64,000 nt of DNA. It comes from Chloroflexota bacterium. GTDB lineage: Bacteria > Chloroflexota > UBA11872 > VXOZ01. Positions 1 to 9,053 of the stretch are shown here, piece after piece. Both the position numbers and the translations under genes were made by a program. Every line of letters begins with the position of its first letter. The first letter of the stretch is position 1. The stretch spans positions 1,152,001 to 1,216,000 of the forward strand of contig OZ244922.1 in NCBI GenBank assembly GCA_965221905.1, given 5' to 3'. The notes under the pieces are model-generated. The model ran no database searches. It saw nothing but the letters and a program-made list of their open reading frames with translations, and was not told the DNA's origin.

Positions 1-28
1 TTGGATGTAAAGACACAGGAGAGCAATC

Positions 29-946
29 ATGTATCCGAACGGCGCAAAGTTCTGCTTGAGCCTGACCTACGACGTGGAGATGTGCACCAACTTCCCGTAC
101 TGGACCTCGGTGTGGGACCATCGCAAGGGCGCGATAGATGCGGATAGCAAGCAGTACATCCTCAAGCTAAACGCAGTGGCGGAGAAATACGGCGTTAAGC
201 TGCATTACTTTATAGTGGGCAGCGCGCTGGAGGACCCCGACCTCGACTACTTGAAAGCAACTGTGGATGCCGGGCACGCGCTCGGCAATCACACCTACAC
301 CCACGTCAACGTACGGGCCCAGGACATTCCGCAGCTTCAGGTGACCTACGCGGCTGCGCCGTGGCGCGCGCACGGACGCTCTGCGCTGACGTGCATCCGC
401 GACGAACTGCAGCAAACCAGCAGCGCCATGCGGGAGACGCTAGGTGTGGACCCGGTGGGCTTTCGCACGCCCGGCGGGTTTGTAAACGGCCTGGACGACA
501 TGCCTGCGGTGCAAGACCTGTTGAAAGATGAGGGGTTTGGCTACGTCAACTCGCACTACCGCTTTCCGGTTGATCCGACTCGCAAGCGGCCGCCGCGTGA
601 GCGACTGGAATCAGCCATGCGCGAGAGTATCGACAGCTTGCAGCCGTACCGCTATGCCAACGGTCTGCCGGAAATCCCGCTCCCGGGAATTACCGATATT
701 TGGGGATTCCGGAACCTTGATCTGGATCGCTGGGAGTTCATTAACCTGCTCAAGACCGGCATCGACCACGCCCACGACAACGGGCAGGTGTTGACGATGG
801 CATTCCATCCACCGTGTCTGGTTGCCAGAGACCCGCATTGCGACATGCTGGAAACGGTCTTATCCTACGCGCAGCAAAAGCCCGGCGGGTGCTGGTTCGC
901 GACGAACGATGAGATAAACGACTACGTGGTGCCGAATATCGCGTAG
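29..946 (+). CDS. Polysaccharide deacetylase (NodB/CE4) family protein
   Basis: LTYDVE, GNHTYTH, GFRTPG and FHP motifs; GGAG RBS upstream. Confidence 0.85.
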   Translation: MYPNGAKFCLSLTYDVEMCTNFPYWTSVWDHRKGAIDADSKQYILKLNAVAEKYGVKLHYFIVGSALEDPDLDYLKATVDAGHALGNHTYTHVNVRAQDIPQLQVTYAAAPWRAHGRSALTCIRDELQQTSSAMRETLGVDPVGFRTPGGFVNGLDDMPAVQDLLKDEGFGYVNSHYRFPVDPTRKRPPRERLESAMRESIDSLQPYRYANGLPEIPLPGITDIWGFRNLDLDRWEFINLLKTGIDHAHDNGQVLTMAFHPPCLVARDPHCDMLETVLSYAQQKPGGCWFATNDEINDYVVPNIA

Positions 947-1156
947 TCATCACGGCGCAAGGGGGCCCATTGCAGCCGTCATTCGGCGTATCAGTATTGA
1001 TGATACAGTAGAGTGAGGGTTTGTCCCCGCAATGAGCCTTTGGAAACAATCGTGAAAGGCAGCGAAGAGTCCTATTCCTAAACGGAGGGGTTTGCGTGAG
1101 GAGGAGTCCCTTTTCCGAGGGAAAGGGCGACGCCCTTCTACCGGAAGCGCAAAGGT

Positions 1157-1184
1157 GTAGGGGCACGACATGTCGTGCCCCTAC
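1157..1184. repeat. GTAG-tagged perfect 28-bp palindrome GTAGGGGCACGACATGTCGTGCCCCTAC (family A)
   Basis: Identical copy at 5765-5792, near-identical at 32518-32545, related at 32140-32164. Confidence 0.9.
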
Positions 1185-1274
1185 TAGGGTGCAGGCCCGG
1201 CGGGAGGGTGAACTCCATGCAATGTTGCCTAAACGGGAAATCCAAAAATACGAGCACTTTAAGGAGGAAACCTC

Positions 1275-2483
1275 GTGAAACGGACGATTGAGGAATTGGG
1301 CGTAACCTTTGACACGGAATTCGAGGCGGCCGCGGCTGAAGACGTGTCCTTGGACGAAGACGGCACCGCACATCTCTACACGCGCGTTGATCCCAAGCCC
1401 ACGGGCTTCGATGAGCACTTCAAAGGCGTGCCCACGCAGTACCGCTACAGCGTGCGTATTACGGCGCATCGGGATACTCCCGCGCTGCGCATCCACGTCC
1501 ACACGAGTAGAGAGTTGGGCGGTTGGTACATTCAATTCGGCGGCTTCGTCAAGCGTGGCGGAGAATGGGCGCCGATACCGTTGGAGCATGCCACCAACGT
1601 GCCGGAGACCAGCGACGTGCTCGTCACGCTCTCGTTGCGGGAAGGAGAATCCGTGCTGCTCGGCAGCATGCCGTTCATTGCACCCTCGGAGTTGGAGACG
1701 CAAATCGCGGCTTTGGAGAGAACCGAGAGTCATAACTGGTCGACTCGGGTCTTGGGAGAAACGGCGAAAGGACGGAAGATCTGGGCTCTTGAAACCGCGC
1801 CGCGGGCCAAGCGCATCGTGATGGCGGGCACGTCTCAGGGGGCGGAACCGGTGGCGGAACGGTTGGTGGAGCTGGCGCGGCGGCTCACGGTTGATCTGAC
1901 GGATTCCCGCTGGCTCCTCGATAACTACCAGGTCTGCCTGGTGCCGATGATCAATCCCGACGGCGCGGCGGAGGGGCATAGCCTCCTCAACGGCAATGGC
2001 GAGGTGGTTGCCGGCGGCTACAAGGCGGCGGTGAGCGGCGAACCGTGTCCGGTCGAGAGTAAGGCCTTGGCGGACTACGTCGGGCTCGCGCCCACGCAGG
2101 CCTATCTGGAATTCCACGCCCACTATCGCACGATCCCGCCGGGGGAAGAAGACCACCTGGGGGTGCGCAAGCAGCACTTGCTCAATCCCGGCATGGCGGA
2201 TATCTACCCGCCTGAAACGGACCCCGATTACGTCGAGCGTTTCAATGCGGTCATGCGCCAGCGGCTCGGCACGCACAACGACCACCGACCCATCGGCACA
2301 TGGTGGAAACCGGCAGCGTTCTTTACGACCAACCTCGCGCGGCTCCACCCCAACTGCATGTTCTACGCCGTGCAGTCGTGGAACTACGATCTTCAATCCA
2401 CTACAGCCTGGGCGGAGCGCTACCTCTACGCCGCGGCAGAAGGAATCGCCACCGCCAGCGGCGAGCCCTCGTGGCGGGACTGA
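1275..2483 (+). CDS. M14 zinc carboxypeptidase-like protein with a degenerate zinc motif
   Basis: LGETAKGRKIW and VPMINPDG motifs, EFHA; HxxE appears as QGAE; AGGAGG RBS before the GTG start. Confidence 0.7.
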   Translation: MKRTIEELGVTFDTEFEAAAAEDVSLDEDGTAHLYTRVDPKPTGFDEHFKGVPTQYRYSVRITAHRDTPALRIHVHTSRELGGWYIQFGGFVKRGGEWAPIPLEHATNVPETSDVLVTLSLREGESVLLGSMPFIAPSELETQIAALERTESHNWSTRVLGETAKGRKIWALETAPRAKRIVMAGTSQGAEPVAERLVELARRLTVDLTDSRWLLDNYQVCLVPMINPDGAAEGHSLLNGNGEVVAGGYKAAVSGEPCPVESKALADYVGLAPTQAYLEFHAHYRTIPPGEEDHLGVRKQHLLNPGMADIYPPETDPDYVERFNAVMRQRLGTHNDHRPIGTWWKPAAFFTTNLARLHPNCMFYAVQSWNYDLQSTTAWAERYLYAAAEGIATASGEPSWRD

Positions 2484-2605
2484 AACCGAATTGCTGGCTC
2501 TCCCATCAAAGCAACCAGGAGTGGAGCAATGGTGGGTAGGGCAAATGGCGGCACAGATTATCCGTGTTGCTGTTGTGCACGAAGCTAGGGCGGATCAGGA
2601 GGCAG

Positions 2606-3763
2606 TCACCGAGTAGCTTCCATCGCCAGCGATTTCACTAGGTCGTAGTGACTATCGGTTATGCCGCCGCGCAGTTCCGGATGAGCAAGCAGCTCTGGAA
2701 GAGCATTTACATTGGACACTAGCACCTCAAAGAGAGTAGCCAGTATCCCACTGTCTCTGAAAGTTATGGAATCGAGGAAGGGCATTCCCACGAGTTGCAA
2801 CGCTAAGTACGCGTCATTTTGGCTTATTTGGCTGAGTCGTACAATCGACTGAGTCTCCCATCTTTCCAATTCGTCTTGAAGCCAGGGCTTGCCTACCAAA
2901 GCCAACGCCGCGTCCTGAGTTTCCTCAGCAATTGTCGCCAAAGATATTACTACCCACTCCTCCTGAGTCTTTGGGTCTGCTCGGTCAACAGACTGATAGT
3001 TGAAGGGAGCCCTGCCAACTCCGTCTTGCACCCACGGCAAGGACTGTATCGCTGCCGCTGCTTCCGCGCGTGTTTCTCCTAGCACGAGCAACACAAAGGT
3101 TGCGACATGGTCGTCCGTAATGCCGCCATCTAGCTCAGAGTGAGATAGGATTCGGTGCAGGGCGGCTAGGTCTGACCTCGCCAGATCGATCGCATAACGG
3201 ATCACAATAAAATCAGACCCTTGGCCGCGGGTGCGCATGAACGGCATCCGCATGAGTTGCAGAGTGACTTCCTTATTAAGTCGGGCTAAGTTCAGAACCA
3301 TCCGGACCTCGATACTGCTTAGCGATTTGTCTCCGGCTCGTTCCAAAAAGGCCAGGAAAACAGGCGATGATATCTGCCCGATTTGGCGCAAGTCTTCGAC
3401 AGGGGTCGGATCTCTGGGGTTGTGCGGGAGCGCCGCAATCATGTTTTCCACCTCCCAGTCGAAGCGCTCGGTGTTTAGGCGTTGCTCTAGTCCGTTCGGG
3501 CCGTTGATCCAGGTGCGGTAGCCGTCGGTGAAGGCGGTCCAGTTGTCGGCTTTGCGCCAGACCAGCAGGCCGCCGGTGGTCTGCTGCAAGCTGTCGCCGT
3601 TGGCTTCGTAGTGCTCGATTTCCAAGCACTCGCCGACGATCTCATGGCCGATGAGATCGCGCAGAGTCTGGAAGCCGAGAACGAACCGGCACTCCGCCGC
3701 CGAGACAGGAGTGGGCATGAGCAGGAATAGAGCGAAGCCGAGCAGTGCTACGAGTCTCTTCAC
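2606..3763 (-). CDS. Secreted protein with a Chloroflexota-type N-terminal surface domain and helical internal repeats
   Basis: Signal peptide MKRLVALLGFALFLL..SAA; CRFVLGF..QQTTGGLLVWRKADNWTAFTDG domain; repeated MPF..HxELxGGITD. Confidence 0.7.
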   Translation of the reverse strand: MKRLVALLGFALFLLMPTPVSAAECRFVLGFQTLRDLIGHEIVGECLEIEHYEANGDSLQQTTGGLLVWRKADNWTAFTDGYRTWINGPNGLEQRLNTERFDWEVENMIAALPHNPRDPTPVEDLRQIGQISSPVFLAFLERAGDKSLSSIEVRMVLNLARLNKEVTLQLMRMPFMRTRGQGSDFIVIRYAIDLARSDLAALHRILSHSELDGGITDDHVATFVLLVLGETRAEAAAAIQSLPWVQDGVGRAPFNYQSVDRADPKTQEEWVVISLATIAEETQDAALALVGKPWLQDELERWETQSIVRLSQISQNDAYLALQLVGMPFLDSITFRDSGILATLFEVLVSNVNALPELLAHPELRGGITDSHYDLVKSLAMEATR

Positions 3764-4177
3764 GGGTGCCCCTTTTGTACTTTCCCAATAAGGAAGTTAT
3801 TTACTTCTGTGGCTTGTACAGTATACATGCGCAAGATTTTAAACTGTGTTAACGCAATTGACTATTTTGGCAATACTGAACGACCCCTCGCACAGTTGGC
3901 ATGAGCCACAGTATCCCCATCGAGTCTGCGTCGGCTTGCGTATGGTCTACACGCTGGTATACTACTTTCAGCGACATACCCAATTGATCGGGCAACGAAC
4001 GGTGCGTTGATGGCGTTTGGTGCTAAGGCGTGTATTGAAGGAGAAGAGAAAGGAGAGTAGCCAGTCCCATTAGTGTGAAGTGGCAGCGTACGCACGTGCC
4101 CGTGAGCGCACCATCTACGCGGTGTGCATACTATTAACGGTGATGACTCTAGTTTGATGTACCCGGAGGAAGAGAAC

Positions 4178-5569
4178 GTGAAAGCGACAGTAACTCGACG
4201 AACTTTACTTGGCGGCAGCTTGGTGGCCGGAGCGGGCATGCTCATGGCCGCATGTGGGCAGGCCATGCCTGCGGCTATGCCGGAAGAGGGAGCAGCACCG
4301 GCGAAGGAAGAGGCCAAGCCGGCAGAGGAAACCAAGGTCATGGAGCCGAAGACGGTGCGCTATCTCCACTACACCACCACGCAGGCGGTGTGGGAGGACA
4401 ACTTCGGCCAGATTTTTGATAATTATCGGGCCAAGTTTCCCGAGGCTATCCTTGAGGTGGACCCGGTGACCGGCGGCTTTGCAGTGCTTATTGAGAAAGC
4501 CGTGAGCTCGTTTGCGGGCAACGTACCGATCGACATGTACTACGGCCACTTCTCCTACATCAGCCAGTTTGCCCAGAATGAGATGATCCAGCCGCTGGAT
4601 CCGTTCATTGCAAAAGACGCCGACGTGGCGCGGGACGATTTCTACGATCACGCGCTGGAGAAGATTGCCGGCCAGATTTATGGAATTGCCTGGTTCAACC
4701 AAGGCAAGGAGTTTTGGTACAACGCGGACCAGGTGACCGAGGCCGGTCTAACCTCGCCGAGCGAACTGGTGGCGGAGGGCAAGTGGACGTGGGACGCCGC
4801 ACTTGAGTTTGCGCAGAAGCTCACCAAGAAGGAAGGCCCGAATACGACGCGCTGGGGCTTCTACTATGCTTACTATTCCACCGGCTGGTTTGGGCATCAC
4901 CTACGCGCCTGGGGCGCTGACTGGTGGAACGCCGACATTAGTGCGCCGACGATGAATACTCCGGAATTCGCGGCTGCGGTGCAGGCCGCGCAGGACTTGG
5001 TCACTAAGCACGAGGTCTCGCCTCGTCGCAGCGCGCCGCGTGAGAACGATGCCAAGGCGTCCTTCGAAGAGGAGACCCTCTCCGCGCGCTTGGCGAGCGG
5101 CGCGAATACACGCAGCTTCCAAGCGACGATCATGACCAAGGACAAGCCCTTCAACATCGGGCACACCCTGCTGCCCGAGGGGCCGGGCGGGCGCAATACG
5201 ATCCAGGCGATCAATGCGAACTACATTAGTTCGTCGTCGCCGGAACCCGATCTGGCCTGGGAACTCTATAAAATTCTCATTGGGCCGGAGTCCGACCAGC
5301 AGATTGCCCGGCTCGGCGGCCGCCGCTACACGGCAAGCCGCAAGCAGAGCCCGGTGACCCTGTGGCCCTACGAGAATGCCGACGTATACGCCCAGATGGC
5401 GGAACTGAGCGAGCCGGCCAAGCAGATTGTGAAGCAATCTGAAGTCAGTGGGGCCTGGGGCGCGGGCTGGAACGACATGGAGGACGGCGCGCGCACCGTC
5501 CAAGAGGTACAGGACGAGTTGCAGCAAGTGGCTACGATTGCCCTGGAAGAGGGTGGCTGCATCTGCTAG
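4178..5569 (+). CDS. ABC transporter sugar-binding lipoprotein (Tat-exported)
   Basis: TRRTLL twin-arginine motif, MAAC lipobox, PLDPFI, YGI, YN and WTWD family-1 SBP motifs; GTG start after GGAGG. Confidence 0.85.
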   Translation: MKATVTRRTLLGGSLVAGAGMLMAACGQAMPAAMPEEGAAPAKEEAKPAEETKVMEPKTVRYLHYTTTQAVWEDNFGQIFDNYRAKFPEAILEVDPVTGGFAVLIEKAVSSFAGNVPIDMYYGHFSYISQFAQNEMIQPLDPFIAKDADVARDDFYDHALEKIAGQIYGIAWFNQGKEFWYNADQVTEAGLTSPSELVAEGKWTWDAALEFAQKLTKKEGPNTTRWGFYYAYYSTGWFGHHLRAWGADWWNADISAPTMNTPEFAAAVQAAQDLVTKHEVSPRRSAPRENDAKASFEEETLSARLASGANTRSFQATIMTKDKPFNIGHTLLPEGPGGRNTIQAINANYISSSSPEPDLAWELYKILIGPESDQQIARLGGRRYTASRKQSPVTLWPYENADVYAQMAELSEPAKQIVKQSEVSGAWGAGWNDMEDGARTVQEVQDELQQVATIALEEGGCIC

Positions 5570-5647
5570 GGTGCGATTTGCGCTCTAGACCACTGTCAGG
5601 AAGAGAGGGGCACGGTTATCCGTGTCCCTCTTTGTTTGTAAGTTGAT

Positions 5648-5673
5648 GGGCGCAGGCTGCAAACCTGCGCTAC
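5648..5673. repeat. GTAG-tagged hairpin GCGCAGG(N)AACCTGCGCTAC (family B)
   Basis: Further copies at 25765-25790 (inside a CDS), 29972-30020 (interrupted), 32439-32463, 36993-37017, 61600-61624. Confidence 0.85.
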
Positions 5674-5764
5674 CCATTGACGGGGCTATGCTTTGCAAGG
5701 TACCCTTCCCCTGTTTGCCTTGTGGACACGCTAGAATACGCCCCCTTGGAGCGATAATTGAACT

Positions 5765-5792
5765 GTAGGGGCACGACATGTCGTGCCCCTAC
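5765..5792. repeat. Family A palindrome, copy 2
   Basis: Identical to 1157-1184. Confidence 0.9.
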
Positions 5793-6019
5793 CCTTGTGA
5801 AAGGGCTAGAGATCGGACCAAGACTCGTCACGTTGTGGCGGTGACAGCGAGGGACCCGCCCCCGCGTTCCATGGCTCGGCTGAATGCTTCCATGCGCCGG
5901 AGCCACGCGTGCGGTACTATCTCATTCATGGATAGCTGCCGTGAAAAGGCGCTTCTCAATTTAAACGGGTAGAATTGCGTTCAGGAACTCCCGATATAAG
6001 GAAAGGATAGCGGAGCCCG

Positions 6020-7012
6020 ATGGCATACAGAGTTGGATTGGTGGGTGTGGAGCAGCATGTACCGCACGTATTTGCGGGTATTGATGAATCGGATGAGATT
6101 GAGCTTGTGGCGGTTGCCCAGGCGGGTGCGCGCGCCGATGAGCTAGAGGAAAAGTATGGCGCGCGAGTTTACGACGACCACACGGCCATGTTCGCGCAGG
6201 AGCAACTTGACGTGGCGGCAGTCTGTCTGATTCCCGCCGACCAGGGTCGGGTCGTGATCGATGCGCTTGAGGCCGGTTTGCACGTCACGGCGGACAAGCC
6301 GCTTGTGATTACGCAGGAAGAGCTTGATGCCATCGTGGCACTGGTGCGCCGGCAGCCGGACCGCAAGGTCGGGCAGATCTTTACCCTGCGGGGCACACCG
6401 GGTTATACGAAACTGCGCGAAATTGTGCAAAGCGGCGCCATTGGCGACGTGGCCCAAAGTTACGGCCTGCGTTCGGCGATGGAGAAGCGCGAGACCCGTG
6501 CGCCGTGGTTCTTCGACGAACGGCTCTCCGGCGGCCCAATTCCCGACTTGCTCATCCACGACATCGATGCGCTCCGCTGGATTACGGGACTTGAGTACAC
6601 CCACGTGGTAAGCCGGGAGACCAACTTCGCCCGGCCCGACGACCCCTACTACCGCAATGCCGGACAGCTCTTCTTCCTGCAGGAGCAGCATGCGACGGCC
6701 ATTATGGAGCATCACCGTCTGGTGAGCCCGGCATTTGCGGGCATGGACTGCCGCATGAAGATCGTGGGTACCGACGGACAGGTGGAGATCACCGCGAAGG
6801 GTGAGGTCTACCTTTATAACAGCAAGCATGCCGGGCAGGTGACACCGCTGGCCGCAGCACAGAATGTATTTGCCGATTTTGCGGTCAAGGCCTGTTCCGG
6901 CGAGGAGCCGTTGGTGGATACGGCCAGCGCGTTGCAATCAATGCAAGTGGCGCTCACCGCCAAGACAGCATCGGAGACCGAAGCACTGGTGCCGATCCCG
7001 CGAATTCTGTAG
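6020..7012 (+). CDS. Gfo/Idh/MocA family oxidoreductase
   Basis: YRVGLVG, HVTADKP, SGG..DLLIHDID motifs. Confidence 0.9.
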   Translation: MAYRVGLVGVEQHVPHVFAGIDESDEIELVAVAQAGARADELEEKYGARVYDDHTAMFAQEQLDVAAVCLIPADQGRVVIDALEAGLHVTADKPLVITQEELDAIVALVRRQPDRKVGQIFTLRGTPGYTKLREIVQSGAIGDVAQSYGLRSAMEKRETRAPWFFDERLSGGPIPDLLIHDIDALRWITGLEYTHVVSRETNFARPDDPYYRNAGQLFFLQEQHATAIMEHHRLVSPAFAGMDCRMKIVGTDGQVEITAKGEVYLYNSKHAGQVTPLAAAQNVFADFAVKACSGEEPLVDTASALQSMQVALTAKTASETEALVPIPRIL

Positions 7013-7102
7013 TGCAAATGGCTTGTGGGAGTGCGCGCGGTCCAGGACGTGTGGAACGGTCTCAGGGAACTTGCCAAGATTCCAGGGCTCTCAGTAACCA
7101 AA

Positions 7103-7316
7103 TGAACGGGATGGCCTTCGACAGGCTCAGGCCGAACGGTATACTGGGTCTCTCTGCTGGTTGTGCAAGTGTGCGAGGGGTTCGTGCAAATGGGGAGACT
7201 TAGTCTTTCCGTTGCTAGTCTAGGAGATTGAGATCGAAAAGGAGATGCGCGTCTTGACGTTTGTGTAGGAGAGACGGCTCTTGCCGTTCGTGGTGAGCCG
7301 GTCGAACCATGAACGG
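7103..7316. repeat. Inverted pair of family C hairpins (CCGTTCG..TGAGC..GTCGAA..GAACGG)
   Basis: Copies at 7103-7139 and 7284-7316; others at 27861-27895, 29062-29087 (inside a CDS), 42082-42112, 45622-45669, 55398-55482, 57922-57954, 58184-58216. Confidence 0.85.
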
Positions 7317-7445
7317 CAAGACCGGTAGTTTTCTTATGCGATTTCAGCGGAAACACACGAAGCGTCCTAGAATTGGCCTGGGGCGCGTGTCAATTGCCGC
7401 GCAACTGTGTATAATCCCTAAATAAACTTTGGAAAGGAGTGTTTC

Positions 7446-8729
7446 ATGGCTATCAAGAGTCCTGCGGATGTAAGCCTAGCGGTCGATGGAGGTGCACCGG
7501 TACGGGGATCGGAGAATCCGCTGCCGCGAGTCTTTCCCCGCTACGTCCCGGACAGCGCCTACGACAACGTGCGTGAGGTGCTGGATGGCGGTGTTGCAAG
7601 CAACTTTCTCAGCCGGTTCGAGGATGCGTTTGCCGAGGCTACCGGCACGAAGTATTGCGTCTCCATTGCGAACTGCACGGCTGCGCTCCACTCCCTCTAT
7701 GCCGGACTGGGAGTCGGGCCCGGGGATGAAGTCGCCGTGAGTCCCATTACCGACTTCGGCACAATCGCTGGCATCATTGCCCAGGGCGCAATCCCGATCT
7801 TTCCCGATGTGGACGTGCGCACGGGCAACGTCACTGCCGAGACCATCGAAAAAGTGCTGTCGCCGCGCACGGCGGCCATCGTTGCCGTGCACTTCTACGG
7901 ATTGCTCTGCCCGATGGAAGAGATCGTGGCGCTGGGGAAGAGCAGAAACATCACAGTCGCAGAGGATGTCTGCCAAGCGCCGCTGGCGAACTATTCAGGA
8001 CAGAACGTGAAAGGCAAGGCGGGATCGCTGGGCGATGTCGGCGGCTTTTCGTTTGATGCGGAAAAGCATCTGACAGCAGACCACGGCGGCGCCGTTACCA
8101 CGGACGATAAGGACATCGCCGATAGGGTGAGGAGCTTTGCGCTCACGCGCGGCGCCGTTACGTACCCGAATTACGGGCGCAAGCACGAATCGTTCGGCCT
8201 GAATTATCGCTTCGGTCAGTTCCAAGCGGGGCTGGCGTTGGCCGAACTTGAGGTGCTCGAGGAGCAGAACGAGCGGCGCCGGCAGGGAGCCGCCCACCTG
8301 AACTCTCTGATTGATGAGATTGACGGTCTCACGCCGCCATACACTCCTCCGGGCAGCGACCATATTCACTGGCTCTACCACCTACGTCTCGATCTTGACC
8401 AGTTCCGCTGCTCGATCTGGGACTTTGCTAACGCACTGTTGGCGGAGGGCCTGACCCCTGGCGCCGGCCCGGCACCATACTATCTCGTGCCCGACAGCCA
8501 TAAATTCATGCAAGACAAGGCGCACGTGGCGGGTAGGTCCGGCTGGCCGTGGGACCATCCGATGAACGAGTTTGCCAAAGACATCGAATACAGCGCGGCA
8601 ATGTGCCCCCAGGGCAAGGAGCACCTGGACACCACCATCCGCTGGACGTGGACCGATAAGCACTCCGCCGAGGACATTGAGGACATGGCCACGATGTTCG
8701 CCAAAGTGGCGGACTTTTATCGCGTATAG
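7446..8729 (+). CDS. DegT/DnrJ/EryC1/StrS PLP-dependent aminotransferase
   Basis: NCTAALH, GPGDEV, EDVCQA and FSFDAEKHL (PLP lysine) motifs; AAGGAG RBS. Confidence 0.9.
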   Translation: MAIKSPADVSLAVDGGAPVRGSENPLPRVFPRYVPDSAYDNVREVLDGGVASNFLSRFEDAFAEATGTKYCVSIANCTAALHSLYAGLGVGPGDEVAVSPITDFGTIAGIIAQGAIPIFPDVDVRTGNVTAETIEKVLSPRTAAIVAVHFYGLLCPMEEIVALGKSRNITVAEDVCQAPLANYSGQNVKGKAGSLGDVGGFSFDAEKHLTADHGGAVTTDDKDIADRVRSFALTRGAVTYPNYGRKHESFGLNYRFGQFQAGLALAELEVLEEQNERRRQGAAHLNSLIDEIDGLTPPYTPPGSDHIHWLYHLRLDLDQFRCSIWDFANALLAEGLTPGAGPAPYYLVPDSHKFMQDKAHVAGRSGWPWDHPMNEFAKDIEYSAAMCPQGKEHLDTTIRWTWTDKHSAEDIEDMATMFAKVADFYRV

Positions 8730-8824
8730 CGCCGAATGGGGGCAACAGCGGAGTTGGGATGCGCGTGAAGTTGTGCTGCTTGGGATGCCGTGAGTCATGC
8801 CGTTAGGCTAATTGGCCGAAAAAT

Positions 8825-8866
8825 AGAGCCATTGCAGGATCAGACAAGCGATCTTGCAGTGGCTCT
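8825..8866. terminator. Long hairpin between convergent genes, probable terminator
   Basis: AGAGCCATTGCAGGATC / GATCTTGCAGTGGCTCT inverted repeat between the aminotransferase and sulfatase stops. Confidence 0.55.
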
Positions 8867-9053
8867 TCTACAATCTTGAGAGCGCTCCTTGGTCCTCATG
8901 CCATCGTCTGCGATTATGGTCAGGTAAGTCGCCGTAGAGCGGCGCATCCACAGGTCAATTGCTGTCTGTTATACCTCGACGCAAGAACCCATGGGGAAGT
9001 GGCGGGCGTGACACTTCACCTCATCTCCAGCGTGGTCGCATTGAATTGGCCGA

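Noticed and set aside
750-2396. 548-aa minus-strand ORF and many similar long antisense ORFs (e.g. 11332-12225, 20790-21650, 40681-41676)
   Set aside because: They shadow well-supported genes in GC-rich DNA and show no recognisable motifs.
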